A DNA stretch of 64,000 bases from an uncultured Actinomycetes bacterium (GTDB lineage Bacteria > Actinomycetota > Thermoleophilia > UBA2241), in the NCBI GenBank assembly GCA_963767005.1, contig CAVYCN010000012.1:32001-96000 (forward strand), given 5' to 3'. Shown here one piece after another: positions 18,831-29,137 of this stretch. How positions within the stretch are numbered: position 1 is the first letter of the stretch; each line of letters opens with the position of its first letter. Position numbers and translations under genes: made by a program. The notes under the pieces are model-generated. The model was not told where the DNA came from and made no database searches. It saw only the letters and a program-made list of their open reading frames with translations.

Positions 18831-19480
18831 GACTTCCACCCCATCATCTTCTGGAACTTCTCGACGGCGGACTGGTGGATGACCACGTACACCTGGTCGT
18901 CCTCTTCGAGCGCGGTCCCCGAGACCGGCACGACACCCTTGCCCATGCGCACGATCAGGGCTACGCGGATCTCACCCGGGATCGCGAGATCCTTCACCGG
19001 CTTGCCGACCAGGTGCACCGGCACCCACGCGGCCAGGAGCTGGACCTCGCCGTTGCCGAAGGCCATCTCACGCTCTAGGGTCGGGCTCACGATGAGCTCG
19101 ACGATCTTGCTCACGCTCCAGGCGGTGGGTGCGAAGGTCTGGATGCCGTAGCGCCGGTAGATGTCGGCGCGCCGCGGGTCGAAGATGCGGGCCACGACAT
19201 CGGGCACCCGGTAGACCTCCTTGGCGATGCGCGCCGCCACGGCGTTGGTGTTGTCGCCGCTCGCCGAGGCGACCAGGGCGTCGGCCTCGCGGATACCGGC
19301 CGCCTCGAGCACGTCGCGGTCGAAGCCCATGCCGACGATCGTGCGGCCGCCGAAGTTGGTCGGCAGGAGCCGGAACGCGTCGGCCTTGCGGTCGATGACG
19401 ACGACGTCGTGGCCGGCCCGTGCGAGCTCGGCCGCCGTCGAGGCCCCGACGCGGCCGCACCCCACGATGATCACGTGCAT
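18827..19480 (-). CDS. TrkA/KtrA-family RCK protein
   Basis: VIIVGCGRVG, ASGDNTN, VVARIFDP, RCK_C domain. Confidence 0.9.
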   Translation of the reverse strand: MHVIIVGCGRVGASTAAELARAGHDVVVIDRKADAFRLLPTNFGGRTIVGMGFDRDVLEAAGIREADALVASASGDNTNAVAARIAKEVYRVPDVVARIFDPRRADIYRRYGIQTFAPTAWSVSKIVELIVSPTLEREMAFGNGEVQLLAAWVPVHLVGKPVKDLAIPGEIRVALIVRMGKGVVPVSGTALEEDDQVYVVIHQSAVEKFQKMMGWKS

Positions 19481-19484
19481 GGTC

Positions 19485-22373
19485 TCACCCTCCTTCGGGC
19501 GCCGGGTCACGACGGCGCGCGAACCATTTTCTCGCTTCTTCAGCAAAGAAGACAGAGACGGCGGCGACCACGAGGATCGCCCAGTCGAGCGCGCTCAGCG
19601 GGCCTGTCTTGAAGATGTCCTGCATGAACGGCACGTACGAGATGGCGGCCATGATCGCGATGCCGATCGCCTCGGCGTAGATCAGCCACATGTTGCTGAA
19701 GAGGCCGACTTTGAACAGCGACTCGCGCTCAGTGCGGCAGGCGAAGCCGTTGCCGACCTGGCACATGACGATCGCCGCCTGCGTCATGGTGATCGCCTCG
19801 CGCCAGTACGCGTAGTGCGGGTTGCCGGGGTTCATCCAGGTGCCGTCGCCCCAGCTCCAGCCGTGCAGGAAGAGGACGTACAGAAAGCCCGCGACCGCCC
19901 AGAACGACTCGATGGCGCCGATGAAGACGACCCGGCGCAGCGTGGCGCGACTCAGAAGGCGCTCGGCTCGCGGGCGCGGCGGCAGCTTCATGACGCCCGG
20001 CTCGGGATGCTCGGTGCCCAGAGCGAGACCGGGGAGCACGTCGGAGCCGAGGTCGATCGACAGCACCTGGATCGCCCCGAGCGGCACCAGCCCGACGCCG
20101 CCGAGGGCGGCGAAGACGAACGGGAAGAGCTCGGCCATGTTGTGCGAGAAGATGTAGGTGATCATCTTCTTGACGTTGGCGTAGACGCCGCGGCCCTGCT
20201 CGACCGCCTTGATGATGCTGGCGAAGCTGTCGTCGAGCAGGATCATGATGGCCGCCTCGCGCGCGACGTCGGTGCCCGCCAGGCCCATGGCCACGCCGAT
20301 GTCGGCCTTCTTCAGCGCCGGCGCGTCGTTCACGCCGTCGCCGGTGACCGCGACGATCTGCTTCATGTCCTTCAGGGCCGACACGACCTGCATCTTGTGC
20401 TCGGGCGCGACCCTCGCGAAGATCACGTCCTGCGGCTTGGCAAGCTCGCCCTTGAGGTCGTCCTCGGTCATGTCCTGCAGGTCGGTGCCGGTGATCACCC
20501 GCACGTTGCGATCGCCGCGCACGATGCCGATGCGACGGGCGATCGCCTCGGCCGTCAGGCCGTAGTCGCCCGTCACCATGATGATGCGGATGCCGGCCGT
20601 GAGGGCGTGCTCGACCGCCTCGCTGACCTCGGGGCGCGGCGGGTCGATCATGCCGACCAGGCCGAGGAAGGTGAGCTCGCTCTCGACCGAGTCGGGGGTG
20701 TAGTCGGTCAGGTCGCCCGGCAGGTCGCGCTCGGCGACGGCCAGCACGCGTAGCGCCTGGCGCGACATCTCGTCGTTGCGCTCGATGATCCGCGCGCGCA
20801 GCTCGTCGGTCATCGGCACGACGTTGCCCTCGAGCAGCACGCTCGTACAGCGCGGGATGGTCTCGGACGGCGCGCCCTTGACGTAGGCCTTCTGGCCGTC
20901 GCCCTCGACGTGCACCACCGACATGCGTTTGCGCACCGATTCGAACGGCAGCTCGTAGATCTTGGGACGCTGGACGATCTCGTCGGGCAGGTCGAAGCCG
21001 ACCTTCTCGGCGGCCACCAGCAGGCACCCCTCGGTCGGGTCGCCGATGACCCGCCAGCCCTTGTCGTCGCTCGGCGCCAGCACCTTGGCGTCGTTGGCGA
21101 AGGTCATGGCGCGCAGCAGGAGCTCGAGGCGGCGGCGGGCCTCGTCCTTGGGCAGCGTCGTGTCGCCCATGACAAAGTCGCCGACCGGCTCGTAGCCGGC
21201 GCCCGTCACCTCGACCACGGCGTCGCCGGTGAACATCTCGCGGACCGTCATCTCGGCCTTGGTCAGCGTGCCGGTCTTGTCGGTGCAGATCACGTTGGTC
21301 GAGCCCAGCGTCTCGACGCCCATCAGCTTCTTGATGAGGGCGTTCTCTTTGGCCATGCGCTGCACGCCGATGGCCAGGGCGACCGACAAGGTCGCCGGCA
21401 GGCCCTCGGGCACCAGGGCGACCATGACGCCGAGAGCGAACAGCAGGGCGGGCACCGCGCCGAACTTGAAGATCAGCAGGGCGGCGAAGAACAGGGCGAT
21501 GCCGCAGATCACCGCGATGATCGAGACGGTGCGGGCCATCGTGTCGATCTCGCGCTGCAGCGGCGACTTCTCGTCGGACACACCACTCGTGAGCGTGAAG
21601 ATATGGCCGAACTGCGTCTGGAGTCCGGTGGCGAAGACGACCGCCTGGCCGGTGCCCGAAGCGACGCTCGTGCCCATGAAGACGAGGTTCGGCATGTTGA
21701 TGACGGCGAGCTCCTCCTCGACGATCGAGTCGGCCGTCTTGCGCACGGCATCGGACTCGCCCGTCAAGGCGATGTTGATCGTCGACATCTCGTACTGACG
21801 GATGAGCCGGGCGTCGGCCGAGATACTGTCGCCCTCTTCGAGCTGCACGACGTCGCCGGGCACGAGGTCGGCGACCGCGACGACCGTCACCTCGCCGTCG
21901 CGTACCACCTTGGCGTTCTGCGGCACCATCTTCTGGAGCGCCTCGGTCGCCTTCTCGGCGCGATACTCCTGGAAGAAGCCGATGGTCGCGTTCAGCAGCA
22001 CGACGCCGACGATGGCGATGGTCACGTTGATGTTGGCCTGCCGGGCCGAACCGGTCGACAGCGCGGCTGCGATCACGCACAGCAGCGCCGCGACCTCGAG
22101 CATGATGGCAAAGAGCGTCGTGAACTGGTCGAAGAAGCGGAAGATGATCGGCCGCCCGACCTTGGCCGGCAGCGTGTTGGGGCCGTACTTCTTGAGGCGC
22201 CGAAAGGCCTCGTCCTCGGTCAGGCCGCGGGGTGAGGTCTCGAGACGAGCGAACACCTCGTCGCCGGGCAGCGACCAGATGCCGTCGATCTGTGGCATGG
22301 CCGTGTCGGGCGACGATGTCGGGTGGCGGTCGCCGGGGGCTGCCGCCACATCGCCTCGGACCTGCGTTTCCAC
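19485..22373 (-). CDS. Type II P-type ATPase with Na/K-ATPase-like membrane motifs (start uncertain)
   Basis: TGES, VPEGL, DKTGTLT, KGAP, DPPR, TGDGVNDAPALK, YIFSHNMAELFPF, IDLGSDVLPGLAL, FACRTER. Confidence 0.85.
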   Translation of the reverse strand: METQVRGDVAAAPGDRHPTSSPDTAMPQIDGIWSLPGDEVFARLETSPRGLTEDEAFRRLKKYGPNTLPAKVGRPIIFRFFDQFTTLFAIMLEVAALLCVIAAALSTGSARQANINVTIAIVGVVLLNATIGFFQEYRAEKATEALQKMVPQNAKVVRDGEVTVVAVADLVPGDVVQLEEGDSISADARLIRQYEMSTINIALTGESDAVRKTADSIVEEELAVINMPNLVFMGTSVASGTGQAVVFATGLQTQFGHIFTLTSGVSDEKSPLQREIDTMARTVSIIAVICGIALFFAALLIFKFGAVPALLFALGVMVALVPEGLPATLSVALAIGVQRMAKENALIKKLMGVETLGSTNVICTDKTGTLTKAEMTVREMFTGDAVVEVTGAGYEPVGDFVMGDTTLPKDEARRRLELLLRAMTFANDAKVLAPSDDKGWRVIGDPTEGCLLVAAEKVGFDLPDEIVQRPKIYELPFESVRKRMSVVHVEGDGQKAYVKGAPSETIPRCTSVLLEGNVVPMTDELRARIIERNDEMSRQALRVLAVAERDLPGDLTDYTPDSVESELTFLGLVGMIDPPRPEVSEAVEHALTAGIRIIMVTGDYGLTAEAIARRIGIVRGDRNVRVITGTDLQDMTEDDLKGELAKPQDVIFARVAPEHKMQVVSALKDMKQIVAVTGDGVNDAPALKKADIGVAMGLAGTDVAREAAIMILLDDSFASIIKAVEQGRGVYANVKKMITYIFSHNMAELFPFVFAALGGVGLVPLGAIQVLSIDLGSDVLPGLALGTEHPEPGVMKLPPRPRAERLLSRATLRRVVFIGAIESFWAVAGFLYVLFLHGWSWGDGTWMNPGNPHYAYWREAITMTQAAIVMCQVGNGFACRTERESLFKVGLFSNMWLIYAEAIGIAIMAAISYVPFMQDIFKTGPLSALDWAILVVAAVSVFFAEEARKWFARRRDPAPEGG

Positions 22374-22526
22374 AGCGCTCACACGCTCCTGTCGCACTTG
22401 CAGGGTGGGGCGCGGCCCGGAGCATGCAAGGTGGCGCTCCATCACGAACGCCTGCCCGAGCGGCCTGGCCGCCGCCACCGTCGTCGGCGACCAAGCCGAC
22501 GCATCGGCCCGTGGGCCGACCGCGCG

Positions 22527-22611
22527 ACGCTACGCCGAACGGCGTTAAGAGTCCATAAAATCACGCGCCGTCAGTATAAAGAACCTGTTAAGGTGTGAAG
22601 TATCCGTAAAG
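22527..22611 (-). promoter_or_regulatory. Four-box promoter A (P-type ATPase/trkA operon) plus an extra box pair
   Basis: Boxes at 22543/22554/22575/22586; -10 TAGCGT at 22527-22532; extra pair at 22594/22605. Confidence 0.7.
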
Positions 22612-22627
22612 GTGACAGGCGGCCGAC

Positions 22628-23791
22628 CTACTCGGTCTCGCGCACCGTCTTGCTGGGATCGGCCACCACGAGCACGTCGACATCCTGGGTCTCGCGCATG
22701 ATCCGCGCAATCAGCGACGAGCCGCGCAGTACCTCGTCCATGCGCGAGCGTTTGGACTGACCCATGACGACGAACGTCGCGCGGTGCTCGTGCGCGAAGT
22801 GCAAGATGGCCTCGTCTTCGGAGTCACCGGACAGCTCCACTACCTCGCCGCCCAGGTTGCGCGTGAGGTCGAAGAGCTCGGTGAGCTCGTCGTGATGACG
22901 CCCGAGGGTCTCCCCCGGCGTGTGCACGTGGATGACCCAGAAATGTCCCTGGAGGCGCTTGGCCAGGCGGTAGCCGCGCCGCACGAGCTTCTTCGCCACC
23001 GGCCCCGCCTTGATGCACACCACGACGCGGTCCTCGGTGGCCCAGGGAGTCTCGATCTCGTGCTCCTCGATGTAGTGCTCGAGGCTCTCGTCGACCTCCT
23101 CAGCCGTCTTGCGCAGGGCGAGCTCGCGCAGGGCCACCAGATTGCCGCGGCGGAAGAAGTTGCTGAGCGCCCCGGGGATCTTCTCGAGATCGTAGACGAC
23201 GCCCCGGTTCAGCCGGTTGATGAGGGCGTCGGCCGTGAGGTCGACCAGCACCACCTCGTCGGCGCGGTCGAGGATGCCGTCGGGTAGCGTCTCGCGCACG
23301 CGCACCGAGGTGATCTGGTAGATCGTGTCGTTCAGGCTCTCGAAGTGCTGGACGTTGACGGTCGAGAGCACGTCGATGCCGGCCGCCAGGATCTCCTCGA
23401 CGCTCTGCCAGCGCTTCTCGTGCTTGGTGCCGGGGATGTTCGTGTGAGCGAGCTCGTCGACCAGCACGACCGCCGGCCGGCGGGCGATCACGGCCGCCGT
23501 GTCCATCTCTTCGAACATGCGGCCGCGATACTCGAGCGTCTTGCGCGGGACGATCGACAGGCCCTCGGCGAGCTCGGCGATCGCCTTGCGGCCGTGCGTC
23601 TCGACGAAGCCGATCACGACGTCCTCGCCGCGCTCGGCACGCCGGCGCGCCTCGGAGAGCATGGTGAAGGTCTTGCCGACGCCCGGCGCGTAGCCCAGGA
23701 AGATCTTGTGGCGTCCCCGGTTGCGCAGGGTGCGCAGCGCTATTTGCTCACCGGGTCCGGTGCCGCCGGGAGGCGGGTCGGCGGCGGCCAT
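22628..23791 (-). CDS. kdpD: Stand-alone N-terminal half of KdpD (KdpD domain plus USP domain)
   Basis: GYAPGVGKT, ETHGR, VDELAHTN, KRWQ, NVQHFESLND, LRELALR; no TM or kinase domain. Confidence 0.9.
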   Translation of the reverse strand: MAAADPPPGGTGPGEQIALRTLRNRGRHKIFLGYAPGVGKTFTMLSEARRRAERGEDVVIGFVETHGRKAIAELAEGLSIVPRKTLEYRGRMFEEMDTAAVIARRPAVVLVDELAHTNIPGTKHEKRWQSVEEILAAGIDVLSTVNVQHFESLNDTIYQITSVRVRETLPDGILDRADEVVLVDLTADALINRLNRGVVYDLEKIPGALSNFFRRGNLVALRELALRKTAEEVDESLEHYIEEHEIETPWATEDRVVVCIKAGPVAKKLVRRGYRLAKRLQGHFWVIHVHTPGETLGRHHDELTELFDLTRNLGGEVVELSGDSEDEAILHFAHEHRATFVVMGQSKRSRMDEVLRGSSLIARIMRETQDVDVLVVADPSKTVRETE

Positions 23792-24363
23792 CAGGGCGAC
23801 GCGACGTCGAGCGCCAGATCGAGCTGAAGCACGTTCACCGTGGGCTCGCCGAGGAAGCCGAGCTCGCGCCCGGCCGTGTGCTTCGCGATCAGGGCGAGCA
23901 CCGCGGCGACGCTCATGCCGCGAGCGGCCGCCACGCGCGGCGCCTGGGCGCGCGCGTTGGCGATCGTGATATCGGGGTCGAGCCCGCTGGCTGACGTCGT
24001 CACCATGTCGATCGGCACCTGTCCGAACCTGAGGCCGGGATCGGCTGCGATGTCGGCCTTGACCGCCGCCTTGACCCGGTCGGCGAGCGCCCTGCTCGTC
24101 GGGCCGAGGTTCGAAAACGACGAGTCCATCCCATCGTATCCCTTGCCCGCCGCGGAGGGTCGCGGCCAGAAGTAGCGCGGCGCGGTGAAGTCCTGACCGA
24201 TCAGGCTCGAGCCGATCACCACGCCGTTCTTCTTGATCAGGCTACCGTCGGCCTTGCCGGGAAAGACGACCTGGGCGACGCCGGTCATCGCCAGGGGGTA
24301 GATGATCCCCAGCAGGATCGCGCTCACGACCGTCATGCGAATGGCTGTCCAGACGTACTTCAC
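23791..24363 (-). CDS. kdpC: K+-transporting ATPase subunit C (copy 1)
   Basis: YFWPRPSA, TSASGLDPDI, GEPTVNVL. Confidence 0.95.
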   Translation of the reverse strand: MKYVWTAIRMTVVSAILLGIIYPLAMTGVAQVVFPGKADGSLIKKNGVVIGSSLIGQDFTAPRYFWPRPSAAGKGYDGMDSSFSNLGPTSRALADRVKAAVKADIAADPGLRFGQVPIDMVTTSASGLDPDITIANARAQAPRVAAARGMSVAAVLALIAKHTAGRELGFLGEPTVNVLQLDLALDVASP

Positions 24364-24374
24364 GTCACGCTCCC

Positions 24375-26501
24375 TCAGGTCGTCAGGTGGAGGGCCACCA
24401 GGATGAGGTCGATGATCTTGATGCCGATGAAGGGCGCGACCACGCCGCCCAGGCCGTACACGAGCAGATTGAAGCGCAGCAGGGCTGCGGCGCCGATCGG
24501 CCGGTACTTCACGCCGCGCAGCGCGAGCGGGATCAACATGACGATGATGAGCGCGTTGAAGATGACGGCCGACAGCACGGCGCTGTGCGGCGAGTGCAGC
24601 CCCATCACGTTGAGCGGGCGGAGCTGCGGGAAGGCGACCATGAACATCGCCGGGATGATGGCGAAGTACTTGGCCACATCGTTGGCGATGCTGAAGGTGG
24701 TGAGCGCCCCGCGCGTGATCAGGAGCTGCTTGCCGATCGCCACGATCTCGATGAGCTTGGTCGGGTTGGAGTCGAGGTCGACCATGTTGCCGGCCTCCTT
24801 GGCGGCCGACGTGCCCGAGTTCATGGCGACGCCGACGTCGGCCTGAGCCAGGGCCGGCGCGTCGTTCGTGCCGTCGCCGGTCATCGCCACCAGCTTGCCC
24901 TGCTGCTGCTCCGAGCGGATGAGCTCCATCTTGGCTTCGGGTGTGGCTTCGGCCAGGAAGTCGTCGACGCCGGCTTCCTTGGCGATCACGGCCGCCGTGA
25001 GCGGGTTGTCGCCCGTGATCATCACGGTGCGGATGCCCATGGCGCGCAGCTCGTCGAAACGCTCGCGGATGCCGCCTTTGACGATGTCCTTCAGGTGGAT
25101 CACGCCGAGCACCTGATCGTTGCGGGCGACCGCCAGCGGCGTGCCGCCCTGCAGCGAGACGGCTTCGATCGAGCGCTCGAGCTCGGTCGGCACCGTGCCG
25201 CCGCGCTGCCTGATCCAGGCGATGACGGCCTCGCCGGCGCCTTTGCGGATGGACTGACCGTCGAGGTCGATGCCGCTCATGCGCGTCTGGGCGGTGAACT
25301 CGACGAACGTCGCCTTGTCCGGGTCGATGTGCCGGGCGCGGATGCCGAAATCCTTGGCGAGCACGACGATCGAGCGCCCTTCGGGCGTCTCGTCGGCCAG
25401 CGAGGCGAGCTGCGCCGCGTCGGCCAGCTCGGCCTCGGTCACGCCCGGCATGGGGATGAACTCGGCCGCCTGCCGGTTGCCCAGCGTGATCGTGCCGGTC
25501 TTGTCGAGCAGCAGCGTGTCGACGTCGCCGGCGGCCTCGACCGCGCGCCCGCTCGTGGCGAGCACGTTGTGGCGCACGAGGCGGTCCATGCCGGCGATGC
25601 CGATGGCCGCGAGCAGGCCGCCGATCGTGGTCGGGATGAGGCAGACGAGCAGGGCGATCAGCACCGTCGGCGACTGCGGCGCGTGGTCGTAGATGGCAAA
25701 CGGCTCGAGCGTCATGATCACGATCACGAAGATGATCGTGAGGGCGGCGAGCAGGATGGTGAGGGCGATCTCGTTGGGCGTCTTCTGGCGCTGCGCGCCC
25801 TCGACCAGGCCGATCATGCGGTCGAGGAAGCTTTCGCCCGGGTTCGTGGTGATCTCGACCCTGATCTGATCGGAGAGCACCTTCGTGCCGCCCGTCACGG
25901 CGCTGCGGTCGCCGCCGCTCTCACGGATCACCGGGGCCGACTCGCCGGTGATCGCCGACTCGTCGACCGAGGCGATGCCCTCGATCACCTCGCCGTCGCC
26001 GGGGATCACCTCGCCGGCGCTCACCAGGACGATGTCGCCGCGACGAAGCTGGCCGGCCGGCACCTGGGTGACCGTGCGGTCGGTCACGAGGTTGGCGTAG
26101 GTCTCGGTGCGCATCTTGCGCAGGGCGTCGGCCTGGGCCTTGCCGCGGCCCTCGGCCATGGCCGTCGCGAAGTTGGCGAAGAGCACCGTGAACCAGAGCC
26201 AGCCGGTGACGGCGCCGACGAAAGCGGTGTCGGAGCTCGAGTGGACGAGGCCGAGGACAAAGTAGTAGCTCGTGATGACACTGCCGACCTCGACCACGAA
26301 CATGACGGGGTTGCGCGCGACGTCGCGCGGATCGAGCTTGCGGAACGAGCTCGCGATAGCCGGCCAGACGAGGCCCTTCATCGAGGCCTCGTTGCGGATC
26401 GTCACACGCTCTTTGCGCGGCTCCGGCTCGGGCGGCGTGACGGGCAGCGGTCGACCCTGCTCGTCGTCGGGCACGCCGGGCTCCTGTCGTTCGTCAGTCA
26501 C
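24375..26501 (-). CDS. kdpB: K+-transporting ATPase subunit B (copy 1)
   Basis: [44 protein letters not shown]. Confidence 0.97.
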   Translation of the reverse strand: MTDERQEPGVPDDEQGRPLPVTPPEPEPRKERVTIRNEASMKGLVWPAIASSFRKLDPRDVARNPVMFVVEVGSVITSYYFVLGLVHSSSDTAFVGAVTGWLWFTVLFANFATAMAEGRGKAQADALRKMRTETYANLVTDRTVTQVPAGQLRRGDIVLVSAGEVIPGDGEVIEGIASVDESAITGESAPVIRESGGDRSAVTGGTKVLSDQIRVEITTNPGESFLDRMIGLVEGAQRQKTPNEIALTILLAALTIIFVIVIMTLEPFAIYDHAPQSPTVLIALLVCLIPTTIGGLLAAIGIAGMDRLVRHNVLATSGRAVEAAGDVDTLLLDKTGTITLGNRQAAEFIPMPGVTEAELADAAQLASLADETPEGRSIVVLAKDFGIRARHIDPDKATFVEFTAQTRMSGIDLDGQSIRKGAGEAVIAWIRQRGGTVPTELERSIEAVSLQGGTPLAVARNDQVLGVIHLKDIVKGGIRERFDELRAMGIRTVMITGDNPLTAAVIAKEAGVDDFLAEATPEAKMELIRSEQQQGKLVAMTGDGTNDAPALAQADVGVAMNSGTSAAKEAGNMVDLDSNPTKLIEIVAIGKQLLITRGALTTFSIANDVAKYFAIIPAMFMVAFPQLRPLNVMGLHSPHSAVLSAVIFNALIIVMLIPLALRGVKYRPIGAAALLRFNLLVYGLGGVVAPFIGIKIIDLILVALHLTT

Positions 26502-26504
26502 GGC

Positions 26505-28235
26505 TCACCCACCGAACAGCTTGCCGGCGTTCATCAGGAAGTGCTCGACGATGGGGCCCAGGGCGAAGGCCGGGAACCAGGTCAGCGCGCCGACGATGAG
26601 GATCACGCCGACGAGCAGCACGACGAAGATGCCGCCCGTCGTGGGGAACGTGCCGGGCGACGGCGGCACCGACTTCTTGCCGGCCAGCGAGCCGGCCAGG
26701 GCGAGGCACGGGATGATGAAGAAGTAGCGGCCCCACATCATGCAGAGGCCGCCGATCGTGCTCCAGAAACGGCCGCTCGCGGTGAGGCCGGCGAAGGCGC
26801 TGCCGTTGTTGCCGGTCTGCGAGATCGTGCCGTAGAGGATCTCGGACAGGCCGTGGGGCCCCGCGTTCAGGGCGGCGTCCTTGCCGGCCGGCACGACCGC
26901 GGCCAGGGCGGCGAAGCCCAGCGCCGTGACGCAGAAGTAGAGCACGGCAAGCGAGGCGAGCTTCATCTCGCGGCCTTCGATCTTCTTGCCGAGGTATTCG
27001 GGCGTGCGGCCCACCATGAGCCCGGCGATGAAGACCGCCAGGATGGCGTTGACGAGCAGCCCCATGATGCCGACCCCAACGCCGCCGAACACCACCTCGC
27101 CGAGCGCGATGTTCAGCATGGCCATCATGCCCGCCAGCGGCGTGAGGCTGTCGTGCGACGCATTGACGGCGCCGCACGACGTGTCGGTGGTCGTCGTCGC
27201 CCACAGGACGGAATCGGCGATGCCGAACCGGACCTCCTTGCCCTCCATGTTGCCGCCGGACTGGGTCGCCGTGAGCTTCTCGGTGGCGCCCGCCTTGGCG
27301 AGGATCGGGTTGCCGCGCTGCTCGCTCGCGTACATCACGCCCACGCTGATCAGGAGGATGACCATCGCCGCGGCGAAGAGCGCCCAGCCCTGTCTCTGGT
27401 TGCCGGCGTACCGTCCGAACGTGTAGGTGAGCGCGACGGGGATGGCCAGCAGCGCGAGGTCCTCGATGAAGTTCGTGAGAGGCGATGGGTTCTCATACGG
27501 ATGCGCCGAGTTCGCGTTGTACGTGCCGCCGCCGTTAGTGCCGAGCTCCTTGATGATCTCCTGCGAGGCGAAGGGGCCCTGGGCGATGGTCTGCACTGTG
27601 CCCTGGACGGTAACGGCGTGGGTCGGGCCGTTCAGGTTCTGGACGACGCCCTGCGACACGAGAAACAGGCCACCGACGATCGAGATCGGCAGCAGGACGT
27701 AGAGGAAGCTGCGGGTCATGTCGACCCAGAAGTTGCCGAGGTGGCGGCCCGAGTGGCCGGTGACGCCGCGGATGAAGGCGACGGCGACGGCCATGCCGAC
27801 CGCGGCCGACACGAAGTTCTCGCGCGCCAGAGCGAGCATCTGCGAGAGGTAGCTCACCTGGCTTTCGGGCACGTAGACCTGCCAGTTGGTGTTGGTCGCG
27901 AAGCTGATCGCCGTGTTGAACGCGACCGTCGGGCTCATGTCGGGGATGTGCGCGGGGTTGAAGGGCAGGTGACCCTGCAGACGGAGGATCACGTACATGA
28001 AAAGCAACACGGCGAGGTTGAACACGAGCAGCGAGACGGCGTAGGCGGTGACCCCCATCTCGCGCGTCTCGTCGACGCCGCACAGCCGGTAGATGAGACG
28101 CTCGACCGGCTTGAGCGCGGGGTCGAGGAACGTGCGCTCGCCGCGGAAGACGTGAGCCATGAAGACGCCGAGCGGCTTCGCGATCAGCGCGAGCAGCACG
28201 ACGTAGAGGACGATCTGCGCTATCCCCCAGCCCAT
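26505..28235 (-). CDS. kdpA: K+-transporting ATPase subunit A (copy 1)
   Basis: NTNWQ, GTNGGG, SCGAVN, NNGSAF filter motifs; GRTPEYLGKK. Confidence 0.97.
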   Translation of the reverse strand: MGWGIAQIVLYVVLLALIAKPLGVFMAHVFRGERTFLDPALKPVERLIYRLCGVDETREMGVTAYAVSLLVFNLAVLLFMYVILRLQGHLPFNPAHIPDMSPTVAFNTAISFATNTNWQVYVPESQVSYLSQMLALARENFVSAAVGMAVAVAFIRGVTGHSGRHLGNFWVDMTRSFLYVLLPISIVGGLFLVSQGVVQNLNGPTHAVTVQGTVQTIAQGPFASQEIIKELGTNGGGTYNANSAHPYENPSPLTNFIEDLALLAIPVALTYTFGRYAGNQRQGWALFAAAMVILLISVGVMYASEQRGNPILAKAGATEKLTATQSGGNMEGKEVRFGIADSVLWATTTTDTSCGAVNASHDSLTPLAGMMAMLNIALGEVVFGGVGVGIMGLLVNAILAVFIAGLMVGRTPEYLGKKIEGREMKLASLAVLYFCVTALGFAALAAVVPAGKDAALNAGPHGLSEILYGTISQTGNNGSAFAGLTASGRFWSTIGGLCMMWGRYFFIIPCLALAGSLAGKKSVPPSPGTFPTTGGIFVVLLVGVILIVGALTWFPAFALGPIVEHFLMNAGKLFGG

Positions 28236-28247
28236 GACCCCCGGCCC

Positions 28248-28337
28248 TTAGAAGCGCTCCGGACGGAGCAGTGCGTAGAAGAGGTAGAGGATGAGGACGA
28301 AGGCGACGATGCCGAGGACGAGGTACGCGACGTTCAC
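28248..28337 (-). CDS. kdpF: KdpF peptide (copy 1), 29 aa
   Basis: Manual translation MNVAYLVLGIVAFVLILYLFYALLRPERF; AGGAG RBS. Confidence 0.9.
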   Translation of the reverse strand: MNVAYLVLGIVAFVLILYLFYALLRPERF

Positions 28338-28347
28338 GTGCACGCTC

Positions 28348-28431
28348 CTACAGCCGCGGCGCGATGCGGGCGTAGCCGAACGAGAGCGCGAAGAACGCGA
28401 CGACGACCAAGAGATACACGAGATCACCCAC
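28348..28431 (-). CDS. 27-aa hydrophobic peptide upstream of kdpF (copy 1)
   Basis: MGDLVYLLVVVAFFALSFGYARIAPRL; GGGGAG RBS; stop overlaps the kdpF RBS. Confidence 0.75.
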   Translation of the reverse strand: MGDLVYLLVVVAFFALSFGYARIAPRL

Positions 28432-28568
28432 GCCTGCGACTCCCCAAGACTCCTGTCGGCGAGCGGACTCCCCGCGTGCGCCGCGGGCAGCCTACCCAGA
28501 AACTCGTACCTGCTTAACCTGTGAGCGTGCCGCCCGCCGATTGCTCGACGACGACACGAACGGCAGGC

Positions 28569-28634
28569 AGCCTACCCGCCCCCACGTAAGGAGCGCGTGA
28601 ATGAACGGGCTCGCGGTGTGAAGAATGCGTAAAG
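28569..28634 (-). promoter_or_regulatory. Four-box promoter B (kdp operon 1)
   Basis: Boxes at 28585/28596/28617/28628; -10 TAGGCT at 28569-28574. Confidence 0.75.
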
Positions 28635-28678
28635 GTCTTAACACCCGCCACGCAGTCCCTGCGACAGCCGCAGACGCA

Positions 28679-28720
28679 AGCGGGGCGGCGCGCCCCTACG
28701 GGCGCGCCGCCCCGCTGCTT
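28679..28720. terminator. Hairpin downstream of the 28761-28994 gene
   Basis: 17-bp perfect stem, TAC loop. Confidence 0.6.
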
Positions 28721-28760
28721 TCACACGACGGCCGAGAAAACCGGCGCCGCCGGCCGCCCT

Positions 28761-28994
28761 TCAGGACGACGCGGCGTGATGATGTCGCGCGATGCTCGGC
28801 CGTAGGCCTTGGGTGATGGCGACGCGGGCGCCATGCGACGCGGTGCGGGGCTCCGCGACCGCGCTCGCGCGCCGGCCGTCGGATGCGGCGCGCTCACGCA
28901 CCGTCACGTAGACGAGGTAGGCGAGACAGGACACCACGGCCAGTAACGCCAGGGCGAACACTCCGTCGATCACGGCGATCCCCAGATCGGTCAT
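28761..28994 (-). CDS. Small single-TM protein
   Basis: GAGGAGG RBS; N-terminal TM segment; own four-box promoter and downstream hairpin. Confidence 0.65.
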   Translation of the reverse strand: MTDLGIAVIDGVFALALLAVVSCLAYLVYVTVRERAASDGRRASAVAEPRTASHGARVAITQGLRPSIARHHHAASS

Positions 28995-29030
28995 GCTCAA
29001 GCGCCTCCTCGCGAGAACTCCACGATGGTC

Positions 29031-29096
29031 AGGCTACCCAGGCACTCGTTAAGGGTCCGTGAAGAGGGCTTGTCGCACCGTTAAGGAACCCTAAAG
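29031..29096 (-). promoter_or_regulatory. Four-box promoter C
   Basis: Boxes at 29047/29058/29079/29090; -10 TAGCCT at 29031-29036. Confidence 0.75.
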
Positions 29097-29137
29097 GCGC
29101 GCGGCTGGGTCTCGCCGGGACGCTCGACGGCGGCCGC

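Noticed and set aside
22380-22526. Possible c-di-AMP (ydaO) riboswitch in the leaders of the ATPase or kdp operons (also 28440-28560 and 36484-36800)
   Set aside because: I could not find the conserved ydaO sequence blocks by eye; an Infernal search would be decisive.
28486-28520. Second GGCAGCCTACCC (-10 TAGGCT) copy upstream of kdp operon 1
   Set aside because: Could be a tandem promoter, but it lacks a convincing four-box array, so it was not counted among the sites.
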